NCBI GenBank assembly: GCA_041908445.1
Contig: JAYRFK010000060.1
Location: 14,772-78,771 of the forward strand
DNA: 64,000 bases
Direction of reading: 5' to 3'
Origin: Acidimicrobiales bacterium
GTDB lineage: Bacteria > Actinomycetota > Acidimicrobiia > Acidimicrobiales > DATDAH01
A program made the translations under genes and the position numbers. Below the pieces are notes generated by a model. That model was not told the origin of the DNA and did not search any database. It worked only from the letters and a program-made list of their open reading frames with translations. Each line of letters opens with the position of its first letter. Position 1 is the first letter of the stretch. Of this stretch, positions 27,359 through 35,240 are shown in pieces.

Positions 27359-27826
27359 TCAGGACGGGGTGGCGGGGCGTTCGGTGTTGCTGGATTCGAT
27401 GTCGGTGATCTGGGCCAGGCGGCGCTCGTGGCGCCCGCCCTCGAAGGGCGTGGCCAGCCAGAGGGTGAGGATCTCGGTGGCGAGGCCGTCGGCGACGATG
27501 CGCCCGCCCATCGACAGCACGTTGGCGTCGTTGTGCTCGCGCGAGAGTCGCGCCGTGTAGAGGTCGTTGCACAGGGCGGCGCGCACGCCGTCGACCTTGT
27601 TGGCCGCGATCTGCTCGCCCTGGCCGCTGCCGCCGAGCACGATGCCGCGCTCGGCCTCGCCGGCGACGACCGCACGGCCGACCGCCGCACAGATGGGCGG
27701 GTAGTCGCACGACTCCTCGCTGTCGGTGCCGAAGTCGACCGGCTCGTGGCCGAGGTCGCGCAGCACCGAGAGCAGGTGGGTCTTGAGCCGGAAGCCGGCG
27801 TGGTCCGAGCCGATGGCGACCCTCAT
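27359..27826 (-). CDS. rpiB: Ribose-5-phosphate isomerase B
   Basis: [15 protein letters not shown]...DYPPICAAV...[29 protein letters not shown] overlap with the upstream phosphatase gene. Confidence 0.9.
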   Translation of the reverse strand: MRVAIGSDHAGFRLKTHLLSVLRDLGHEPVDFGTDSEESCDYPPICAAVGRAVVAGEAERGIVLGGSGQGEQIAANKVDGVRAALCNDLYTARLSREHNDANVLSMGGRIVADGLATEILTLWLATPFEGGRHERRLAQITDIESSNTERPATPS

Positions 27827-28569
27827 GGCGACACCTTCGTGCTGGTGGGCGCCGGCGAGGCCGGCGCCGGGGGCGGGGGTGGAGGAGGCGGGGGCGGGGG
27901 TGGAGGAGGCGGGGGCGGTGGCGGCGGGGCCGCGGACCGCCCGGCGTCCGCGGCGCGGCCGAAGAGCGACCGGCTCGTGGTGGCCGCCACCGGCGGCGGG
28001 GGCGGGGGCGCCGGCGCGGTGACCGGCGCCGGCCAGAGCAGGTCGCACAGGCGGGCGACCAGGCCGTCGAGCTCGGCGGCCGTGCGCTCGTACTGGTCGA
28101 GGGGCCGACCGATGGGGTCGGCCACGTCGTCGTCCGGCGAGGCTCCCAGGTGGTCGGTGGCGCGGCGGCCCGCCGCAGCCCGGGCCAGCCAGTCCGCCTC
28201 GGTCTCGTCGGCACGACGCGGCCCGATGGCCGAGCCTCGCCGGACGAGCTCCTTCAGGGTGAACGCCCGGGGTGCGACGTCGTTGGCGAGCACGACCGCC
28301 TCGCGCACGTGCATGCGCTCCATGCCGAGGATCAGGTCGGCTCGACGGAGCAGGTCGGCGGTCATCACCCGGCTGCGGTGCTGGCTCAGGTCGAGGCCCT
28401 TGCGCCCCACCACGGTGACCCCGTGGGGCGACGCGGGCTGCCCGTCCTTGTAGAGGCCGGCGGACGAGACCGTGCCGGGGACGCGCCGCGCCGCGAGCTG
28501 GTAGGCCAGGAAGGCCTGGGCCATCGGGGACCGGCAGATGTTGCCCGAGCACAGGACGAGGACGTCGAT
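27823..28569 (-). CDS. Low-molecular-weight protein tyrosine phosphatase with Pro-rich C-terminal tail; probable non-AUG start
   Basis: P-loop [16 protein letters not shown] (CX5RS) and Asp-Pro general-acid motif DVADPIG. The P-loop lies upstream of the first ATG (28524). No ATG/GTG/TTG occurs between the in-frame TGA (28620..28618) and that ATG. The 5' end is drawn at ATC 28569. Confidence 0.65.
   Translation of the reverse strand: MDVLVLCSGNICRSPMAQAFLAYQLAARRVPGTVSSAGLYKDGQPASPHGVTVVGRKGLDLSQHRSRVMTADLLRRADLILGMERMHVREAVVLANDVAPRAFTLKELVRRGSAIGPRRADETEADWLARAAAGRRATDHLGASPDDDVADPIGRPLDQYERTAAELDGLVARLCDLLWPAPVTAPAPPPPPPVAATTSRSLFGRAADAGRSAAPPPPPPPPPPPPPPPPPPPPAPASPAPTSTKVSP
27871..27912. 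repeat. 21-nt perfect tandem duplication (GGGCGGGGGTGGAGGAGGCGG x2) inside the poly-proline coding tract
   Basis: Direct reading of 27871-27891 and 27892-27912. On the minus strand it encodes part of the 20-Pro run (27868..27927). Confidence 0.85.
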
Positions 28570-28613
28570 CCGGCGATTGTACGGAATGGCCCGGGTCTTT
28601 CTAACTTGACCGC

Positions 28614-30107
28614 GTGGTCAAGAGCCTCGACCCCCGCACTCCCGTCATCGTCGGCGTCGGTCAGGTGGCCAACCGGCCCGACCGGGGCGACGACGAGATC
28701 GAGCCCATCGAGCTCGTGGCCCGGGCCGCCCGGGCCGCCGAGGCCGACAGCGGCGGCGCCGGCGTGCTCGCCGCGCTGGACTCCGTCCGGGTCGTGAAGC
28801 TGCTGTCCTGGCGGTACCGGGACCCGGGGCGCCTCCTCGCCGAGCGGGTCGGGGCGGCGCCGCGCCAGTCCCTCTACTCGACCGACGGCGGGCAGACCCC
28901 GCAGGCCATCGTGAACCGCACCGCGGTCGAGATCGCCGCGGGCGACCTCGACGTCGCGCTGCTCTGCGGCGGCGAGACGTGGCGCACCCGCCAGCGCTAC
29001 CGCCAGGCCGGCGAGGTGCCGCCGTGGACGCCGCTCGACGAGTCGACCCCGGCGGCGGAGACGTTCGGCGCCGAGCTCGACATGGTCGGCGCCGCCGAGC
29101 TGGCCCGGGGCCTGCTGATGCCGGTGCAGTTCTACGCCCTGTTCGAGGTCGCCCTGCGCGCCGCCGCCGGCCGCAGCCCCGACGAGCACCGCGCCCACCT
29201 GGGGCGGCTCTGGTCCCGCTTCTCCGAGATCGCCGCCGCCAACCCGAACGCCTGGCTGCAGAAGGTGATGACCCCGGAGGAGGCGGTCACCCCGACGCCG
29301 GACAACCGCCTCATCGGGTATCCGTACACGCTGGTCATGAACTCGAACAACAACGTCGAGCAGGCCTCCGCGGTGCTGCTGTGCTCGGCCGAGAAGGCCG
29401 ACGCCCTCGGGGTCCCCCGCGACCGCTGGGTGTTCCCGCTGGCCGGCGCCGAGGCCAACGACAGCGCCCACGTCTCGCACCGGATCGACCTGTGCTCCTC
29501 ACCCGCCATCCGGTCGGCCGGTCGGGCGCTGTTCTCGTCGGTCGGCGTCGGGGTCGACGACCTCGGCCCGGTCGACCTCTACTCCTGCTTCCCCTCGGCG
29601 GTGCAGATCGCCGCGGACGAGCTCGGCCTCGGCACCGACCGGGACCTCACCGTCACCGGCGGCATGGGCTTCGCCGGCGGGCCGTGGAACAACTACGCGA
29701 CCCACGGCATCGCCACGATGGTCGATCGCCTGCGCGCCGAGCCCGGGGCGATCGGGCTCTGCACCGCCAACGGCGGCCTCACCACCAAGCACGCGCTCGG
29801 GCTCTACTCGACCGAGCCACCGGCGCAGCCGTTCGCCCGGCTCGTCACCCAGGACGAGGCGGACGCCGCCCCCCGGCGCGACGTCGTCGGCGACGACCAC
29901 GAGGGCCCGATCACGGTCGAGGCCTACACGGTCATGCACGGGCGCGACGGCACCCGCGAGGTGGGCTTCGTCGCGGGCCTGCTCGCCGACGGCCGGCGCA
30001 CCTGGTGCAGCTCCAACGACGCCGACCTGCTCGCCACCCTGGTGGCCGAGGAGTGCTGCGGGCGGTCGGCCCACCGCCGGGCCGACGGCACCGTCGCGCT
30101 GGCGTAG
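28614..30107 (+). CDS. Thiolase-like protein (acetyl-CoA acetyltransferase / SCP-x-type thiolase family)
   Basis: Thiolase-like core (VIVGVGQV..., LLCGGETW, DLYSCFPSAVQIAADELG, GGMGFAGGPWNNY, CTANGG). GTG start at 28614. Confidence 0.6.
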   Translation: MVKSLDPRTPVIVGVGQVANRPDRGDDEIEPIELVARAARAAEADSGGAGVLAALDSVRVVKLLSWRYRDPGRLLAERVGAAPRQSLYSTDGGQTPQAIVNRTAVEIAAGDLDVALLCGGETWRTRQRYRQAGEVPPWTPLDESTPAAETFGAELDMVGAAELARGLLMPVQFYALFEVALRAAAGRSPDEHRAHLGRLWSRFSEIAAANPNAWLQKVMTPEEAVTPTPDNRLIGYPYTLVMNSNNNVEQASAVLLCSAEKADALGVPRDRWVFPLAGAEANDSAHVSHRIDLCSSPAIRSAGRALFSSVGVGVDDLGPVDLYSCFPSAVQIAADELGLGTDRDLTVTGGMGFAGGPWNNYATHGIATMVDRLRAEPGAIGLCTANGGLTTKHALGLYSTEPPAQPFARLVTQDEADAAPRRDVVGDDHEGPITVEAYTVMHGRDGTREVGFVAGLLADGRRTWCSSNDADLLATLVAEECCGRSAHRRADGTVALA

Positions 30108-30145
30108 CCCACCCGCCGGTACGGCAGGGGCCGCCCAGCCGAGGC

Positions 30146-30589
30146 TCAGCCGTCGACGTCGCGGGCGGCGTTCTCCTGGAGGCGGGCGTTGAGCAGGGAC
30201 ATCACCCGCTGGCTGGCCTTGGGCATCTCCTCGAGGAGGGCCCGGAAGCTGCGGGTGTCGAGGCCGAGCAGGTGCATCGGCGTCTCGGCCACGACGGTGG
30301 CGATCCGGGGCCGGTGCTCGAGCAGCGCCATCTCCCCCACCATCGAGCCGGGCCCGAGGGTGGCGATGTGCTCGCCGCCGAAGTACACGTTGGCCTGGCC
30401 GGACTCGATCACGAAGCACTCGGTGCCGGGGCGACCCTGCTCGGTGAGCACCGCGCCGGGCTCGGCGGCGACGTCGTCCACCAGCTCGGCGACCCGCTGG
30501 AGCTCCTCGGGGGTGAACCCCTCGAAGAACCCGATCCTGGCCAGGCGCTCCGCCGCCTCGCCGCTCGTCGCCTTCTTCCTGTTGAACAT
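30146..30589 (-). CDS. Stand-alone cyclic-nucleotide-binding domain protein (147 aa, no output domain)
   Basis: CNB signature: FFEGFTPEEL..., G.ANVYFGG, GSMVGEMALL, RIATVVA. Strong RBS AGGGGGAG lies before ATG 30589. The upstream 282 codons of the ORF are junk. Confidence 0.8.
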   Translation of the reverse strand: MFNRKKATSGEAAERLARIGFFEGFTPEELQRVAELVDDVAAEPGAVLTEQGRPGTECFVIESGQANVYFGGEHIATLGPGSMVGEMALLEHRPRIATVVAETPMHLLGLDTRSFRALLEEMPKASQRVMSLLNARLQENAARDVDG

Positions 30590-30685
30590 CGACTCCCCCT
30601 GTGGCTGGGCCCTGCCCGGACCGTGCGCGCCGACAGGGTAGACGCGCATCGGGGCGGGTGGCGCCGGGCGCCGGGAACCAGACCG

Positions 30686-30705
30686 GTATCTTCGGACGTA
30701 GATAC
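30686..30705. promoter_or_regulatory. 6-8-6 inverted repeat GTATCT-N8-AGATAC in divergent intergenic region
   Basis: Read directly from sequence. Lies between the cNMP-binding gene (start 30589, -) and the protease gene (start 30738, +), in the least GC-rich part of the spacer. Confidence 0.25.
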
Positions 30706-30737
30706 GGGTGATCCCACCCGTCGAGCAAGGGGAACCG

Positions 30738-33671
30738 GTGTACGTAGGCAAGACGAATCGAACGGGGCGAGCCGTGCGCGTGGTGGTGATGGCCGTCGTC
30801 GGCCTCCTCCTCGCCACCCTGGTGGCCTGCTCCTCGAGTGACGACGGCGGTGACGACGCCGGCTCCACCGCCACCACCGAGGCCCTGAGCGCGGAGGACC
30901 AGGCCATCGTCGACGCCGCCCACGAGTGGCTGGGCAACGCCGAGGCCGTGGCGGCGCCGACCTTCGAGTCGCTCGTGTTCACCGGGCTCACCCGGTCCCC
31001 GAACGTCACCCACGTGACCTTCGGCCAGGAGTACGACGGCCACCTCGTGCAGGACGCGCAGGTCACCGTCCACGTGCGAGACGGCGGCGAGATCACCGGG
31101 GCCAACAACGCCCTCGTGGACGCCCAGCCCACCGACGACGCCTCGGCGGACGTGTCGGCCGACACCGCCTCGGAGAACGCCGGCAAGGCCGTCCACGGCA
31201 CCCCGAGCGACACGCAGGACCCCGAGCTCGTCTGGGTGCAGTCGGGCGACGAGCTCCTGCTCGCCTGGCGCGTCGACGTGCGCACCACCGACCCGGTCGG
31301 CGCCTGGCAGGTGCTGGTCGACGCCGGCACGGGCGACACCTTGAGCGCGGCCCAGGTCACGCCCGACCGGGACCGCCTCGGCCCGGCCCTCCCCGGCAAC
31401 GCCGCCCTCGGGGCGCGGGCCGTGGCCGGCGTCAAGGGCGCCGAGCTGCTGGCCGCCCAGGCCGCCGGCGACCAGTGCGACCTCCCCTCGGCGCCGTCCG
31501 CCTGCGTGTTCCTCCCCGATCCGATCTACGCCTCCGGCGGCCAGCTGAGCAACGCCGCCGACGCCAACCAGTTCCTCACCGGCGTCGAGCTGCAGGGCCT
31601 CGACGACCCCGCCTCCGGCCAGCTACGCGGCGAGTTCGTCGACGCCGACCCGGCGGGCGCCCCCGTCGACGCCCCCGACGAGACCGACGGCGTGTGGGGC
31701 CAGGGCCGCGGCGAGGCCGGCTTCGAGAACGCGATGGCCTACTTCTGGGTCGACCGGGTCCAGCGCGAGATCCAGGCCCTCGGCTTCACCGACGTGCGCA
31801 ACGAGTCCTTCCCGATCTTCGGCGTCGACCCGAGCACCGTGGACAACGCCTTCTACGACGGCAGCGAGATCGTCCTCGGCGTCGGCTCGGACGGCATCAA
31901 CGAGGGCGAGGACGCCAGCGGCATCATCCACGAGTACGGGCACGCGGTGCTCGACCAGCAGGCGCCCGGCCTGCTGCAGGGCCAGGAGGCCGGGGCGTAC
32001 CACGAGGCCTTCGGCGACCTGCTCGCCTACTTCACCACCGTCGACCTGCGCACGGGCAACGACCAGATCGACCAGGCCTGCCTGTTCGCCTGGGCCGAGA
32101 ACGGCGACTGCATCCGGCGCATGGACGACGACAAGGTGTACCCCGACGACCTCGTCAACGAGGTCCACGAGGACGGCACCATCTACACCGGCGCCATCTT
32201 CGACATCTTCGGCGAGCTCCTCGCCCAGCAGGGCATCGACATCGCCGACTGCCCCGGTAGCGACCAGTGCGACGAGCTGCGCGACCAGATCCTCGTCACC
32301 CTGCTCTCGTCGAACAACTACCTGAACGCCAACGTGACGCTGCCGGACGTCGCGGCGGCGTTCCAGACCGCCTACAACGCCAACTTCGGCGAGGACGACG
32401 CCGAGCTGATCCGGTCGGTGTTCGCCGAGCACGGCCTCGCGGGTGGCAGCAGCAACACCATCGACGCCGACGGCAACGACACCGGCTCGGACAACGCGAC
32501 GACCGCCTCGGTCTCGTTCGAGATCAACCACAGCTACCGAGGCGACCTCGACGTGCGGGTGGGCGTGGCCGATCCCGAGGGCAACGACCTCTGCGACCCG
32601 ATCCAGATCCAAGAACCCGACAACACGGACTCGGCCCAGGACCTCAGCGGCACGGTCGACATCAGTGACACGGGCTGCGCCCAGTTCCTGCCGCCGAGCC
32701 GGGAGCAGCTCTGGTTCCTCCGGGCCGAGGACACCCTGCCGCAGGACGAGGGCCAGATCGTGAGCTTCACCGTCTTCGACGGCGACACCCCGTTCCCGGC
32801 GCTGGGCCTGCCCAAGCCGATCGCGGACGCGGACCCCTCGGGCACCTTCGCCATCACCGACGGCAGCACCGATGCGGTGGACACCAGCACCGGGACGAGC
32901 GACGACGTCGGCGACGGCCCGTTCATGAGCCTCGAGCTCACCCACACCTACACCGGCGACCTCTCCATCCGCGCCGGCGTGGGCCAGTCCGACGGCACGA
33001 CGCTCTGCTCCGTGCAGGTGCACGAGCCGGACCCGAACGAGAACGGTGACGGCGGCATCTCCGGCGACATCGACCTCTCCGAGTGCGCCGACCAGTACCC
33101 GCCCGACGCCGAGCACCTCTGGTTCCTCCAGGTGATCGACACCGCGGACCTCGACAGCGGCACGGTCGACAGCCTCTCGCTGACCGGGCCCGACGGCCAG
33201 ACCTTCGAGTTCGACAACGTGCCCGCCGACATCCCGGACAACGACGAGAACGGCCTCACGCTGTTCACCGACGGGTCGTCGGGCAGCTCGACGACCGACA
33301 TCGGCGCCGGTGGCGCCCCGACCGCCTCGGTCACCATCGACCACTCGTTCCAGGGCGACCTGGCCGTGACGGTCGGCGTGCTCGACGCCGACGGCAACGT
33401 GCTCTGCGAGGAGCCCTTCGCCACCCCGGACCAGAACAACGGTGAGAACGGCCTCGACGTGACCGGTCCGGTCAGCGATTGCGTGGCCCAGTACCCGCCC
33501 TCGGCGGACCGCCAGTGGTACCTGTTCGTGGCCGACACCCTGGCCCAGGACACCGGGTCGGTCGTCTCGGCGACGCTCGAGGGCCCCGACGGCCAGACCT
33601 TCACGGTCGACACGTCGAGCGCCGACATCCCCGACGCCGACCCGGACGGCCTCCTCCTCTTCTTCGAGTAG
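30738..33671 (+). CDS. Lipoprotein M4/M36-like (thermolysin/fungalysin-type) zinc metalloprotease with three C-terminal P-domain-like modules
   Basis: Lipobox LLATLVAC. FTP/PepSY-like propeptide. HEXXH (IIHEYGHAV) with the third ligand 20 aa later in YHEAFGDL. Three modules follow, each starting with an HxYxGDL-type motif. GTG 30738 is preceded by AAGGGGAA; the ORF-track start 30708 is possible. Confidence 0.75.
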   Translation: MYVGKTNRTGRAVRVVVMAVVGLLLATLVACSSSDDGGDDAGSTATTEALSAEDQAIVDAAHEWLGNAEAVAAPTFESLVFTGLTRSPNVTHVTFGQEYDGHLVQDAQVTVHVRDGGEITGANNALVDAQPTDDASADVSADTASENAGKAVHGTPSDTQDPELVWVQSGDELLLAWRVDVRTTDPVGAWQVLVDAGTGDTLSAAQVTPDRDRLGPALPGNAALGARAVAGVKGAELLAAQAAGDQCDLPSAPSACVFLPDPIYASGGQLSNAADANQFLTGVELQGLDDPASGQLRGEFVDADPAGAPVDAPDETDGVWGQGRGEAGFENAMAYFWVDRVQREIQALGFTDVRNESFPIFGVDPSTVDNAFYDGSEIVLGVGSDGINEGEDASGIIHEYGHAVLDQQAPGLLQGQEAGAYHEAFGDLLAYFTTVDLRTGNDQIDQACLFAWAENGDCIRRMDDDKVYPDDLVNEVHEDGTIYTGAIFDIFGELLAQQGIDIADCPGSDQCDELRDQILVTLLSSNNYLNANVTLPDVAAAFQTAYNANFGEDDAELIRSVFAEHGLAGGSSNTIDADGNDTGSDNATTASVSFEINHSYRGDLDVRVGVADPEGNDLCDPIQIQEPDNTDSAQDLSGTVDISDTGCAQFLPPSREQLWFLRAEDTLPQDEGQIVSFTVFDGDTPFPALGLPKPIADADPSGTFAITDGSTDAVDTSTGTSDDVGDGPFMSLELTHTYTGDLSIRAGVGQSDGTTLCSVQVHEPDPNENGDGGISGDIDLSECADQYPPDAEHLWFLQVIDTADLDSGTVDSLSLTGPDGQTFEFDNVPADIPDNDENGLTLFTDGSSGSSTTDIGAGGAPTASVTIDHSFQGDLAVTVGVLDADGNVLCEEPFATPDQNNGENGLDVTGPVSDCVAQYPPSADRQWYLFVADTLAQDTGSVVSATLEGPDGQTFTVDTSSADIPDADPDGLLLFFE
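32505..33668 (+). repeat. Three tandem proprotein-convertase P-domain-like coding modules (about 135 aa each)
   Basis: SVSFEINHSYRGDLDVRVGV...LWFLRAEDTLPQDEGQIVSFTVF. MSLELTHTYTGDLSIRAGV...LWFLQVIDTADLDSGTVDSLSL. SVTIDHSFQGDLAVTVGV...QWYLFVADTLAQDTGSVVSATL. Confidence 0.65.
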
Positions 33672-33692
33672 GCCGCAGCACCCGCCGGGCTC

Positions 33693-33729
33693 GAGGCGAT
33701 GGCGGTCGGATCCCGACCGCCATCGCCTC
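33693..33729. terminator. Perfect 17-bp hairpin between convergent genes (bidirectional terminator candidate)
   Basis: GAGGCGATGGCGGTCGG-ATC-CCGACCGCCATCGCCTC, between the stops at 33671 (+) and 33739 (-). Confidence 0.65.
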
Positions 33730-33738
33730 GTGTCGCGT

Positions 33739-34341
33739 TCAGGCCCCGTCGAGGACGGCGCGGAGCTGCACCTCGGTGAGCCTGCCCTCGCGGAGCACCC
33801 GCAGGTCGGGCCCGGTGACGTCCACGACGGTCGACGCGGTGCCCGCGCAGGCGCCGCCGTCGAGCACCACCGCGACCTCGCCGACCAGCGACGCGGCCGC
33901 CTCCGCGGCGGTCGCCGGCGTGGGCTCGCCGGTGCGGTTCGCGCTCGTCGTGGCCAGCGGGCCGACCACCGTCGCCAGCCGGGCGATCAGCGGGTGGTCG
34001 GGCCAGCGCACCCCGATGGTGGCGTCGGAACCCCCGAGGGGCAGGTCGAGACCGGGCCGGCGCGGCAGCACGAGCGTGAGCGGCCCGGGCCAGAAGGCGC
34101 CGGCCAGGCGCAGGGCCTGGTCGGGCAGGTCGGCCAGCGCCCGGACCTGCTCCACGTCGGCGACCAGCACGGCGATGGGCATGTCCGCGGGCCGTCCCTT
34201 CAGCGCGTAGAGCCGGTCGACCGCACCCGGGACGGCGGGCAGCGCCGCCACCCCGTAGACGGTGTCGGTCGGTACGACGATCGCCTCACCGGCCCGGAGC
34301 GCGGCGACGGCACGCTCGACCGCCTCGTCACCGACGCTCAC
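33739..34341 (-). CDS. tsaC: L-threonylcarbamoyladenylate synthase (YrdC/Sua5 family, short form)
   Basis: GEAIVVPTDTVYGVAA...LYALKGRP...PGPLTLVL...RWPDHP...LATTSANRTGEP. GTGA overlap with the prmC stop. Confidence 0.85.
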   Translation of the reverse strand: MSVGDEAVERAVAALRAGEAIVVPTDTVYGVAALPAVPGAVDRLYALKGRPADMPIAVLVADVEQVRALADLPDQALRLAGAFWPGPLTLVLPRRPGLDLPLGGSDATIGVRWPDHPLIARLATVVGPLATTSANRTGEPTPATAAEAAASLVGEVAVVLDGGACAGTASTVVDVTGPDLRVLREGRLTEVQLRAVLDGA

Positions 34342-35240
34342 GGCGTCGGGCCGATCCGGGCGACGAGGGCCCGGGGGCGTCCGGCGAGGTCGGGGGCGAC
34401 GTGCGCGTCACGGAAGCCGGCGGCGAGGGCGAGCGCGACGGCGGCGTCGGCCTGGCTCGGGGCGAGCTCCACCACCAACGCGCCGGGGCGGCGCAGCCAG
34501 GTGGGGGCGCCGGCCACGATCACCTCGATGTCTTCGAGCCCGGTCGGGCCGGGGACGAGCGCCTGGCGGGGCTCCCAGTCGGCCACCTCCGGGGGGAGGG
34601 GGTCGGACTCGGCCACGTAGGGCGGGTTGGTGACCACCAGGTCGAACGTGGCCCGGAGGTCGCCCGGCAAGGCGTCGAACCACGACCCTTCGACCAGGGT
34701 GACCCGGGTGCCGGCGTGCCCGATGCCGGCGAGGTTGGCCCGGGCGACGGCCAGCGCGTCCGGCGAGGCGTCGACCGCCCAGACCGCGGTGGCCGGGCGC
34801 TCGACGGCGACCGACAGCGCGATGGCGCCGGTGCCCGTGCCGAGGTCGAGCACCCGAGGCGCCGCCGGCGCCAGGGCGTCCAGCTCGGCCAGGGCCACCT
34901 CGACGACCTGCTCGGTCTCGGGCCGGGGGATGAGCGCCCGCCGGTCGACCATGAGGTCGAGCGAGCGGAAGGACCACTCCCCCACCACGTACTGGAGCGG
35001 CTCGCCGGCGAGGCGACGCTCGACCATGACGTCGAAGAAGCCCATGGCGCGTTCGGTGGCCGGCTCGGACAGGCCGAGCGCGTACTCGGCGCCCTCGAAC
35101 CCCGCCGCCCGCTCGATGATGCGCCGGACGCTGACCTCGGGCGACTCGATCCCCGCCGCGTCGAAGCGGGCCCGGGCCTCCGCGGCGAACACCCGCCACG
35201 GCGTCCCCTCGCCGCCCCGATCCGGGCCAGCGGGGCTCAC
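34338..35240 (-). CDS. prmC: Release-factor glutamine N5-methyltransferase
   Basis: LIPRPETE, VLDLGTGTGAIAL, LVVTNPPYV (NPPY). GTG 35240 overlaps the prfA stop (GTGA). Confidence 0.85.
   Translation of the reverse strand: MSPAGPDRGGEGTPWRVFAAEARARFDAAGIESPEVSVRRIIERAAGFEGAEYALGLSEPATERAMGFFDVMVERRLAGEPLQYVVGEWSFRSLDLMVDRRALIPRPETEQVVEVALAELDALAPAAPRVLDLGTGTGAIALSVAVERPATAVWAVDASPDALAVARANLAGIGHAGTRVTLVEGSWFDALPGDLRATFDLVVTNPPYVAESDPLPPEVADWEPRQALVPGPTGLEDIEVIVAGAPTWLRRPGALVVELAPSQADAAVALALAAGFRDAHVAPDLAGRPRALVARIGPTP

Noticed and set aside
27868-27935. G-run tract on the plus strand considered as a G-quadruplex or non-coding simple repeat
   Set aside because: It lies in frame inside the phosphatase ORF (poly-Pro on the minus strand), which explains the sequence. 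A structural DNA role cannot be assessed by eye.
27345-28552. Upstream extensions of the glyA ORF (to 28214) and the rpiB ORF (to 28552)
   Set aside because: The extensions run through rpiB and the phosphatase gene in other frames and are Pro/Arg-rich. Family alignment by eye puts the true starts at 27344 and 27826.
28979-33344. ORFs 28979..30841 plus, 29499..31196 minus, the 282-codon extension of 30146..31435, 30926..32260 plus, 31623..33344 minus
   Set aside because: These are shadow frames of the thiolase-like, cNMP-binding and protease genes, with no motifs and extreme Arg/Gly/Pro/Asp content.
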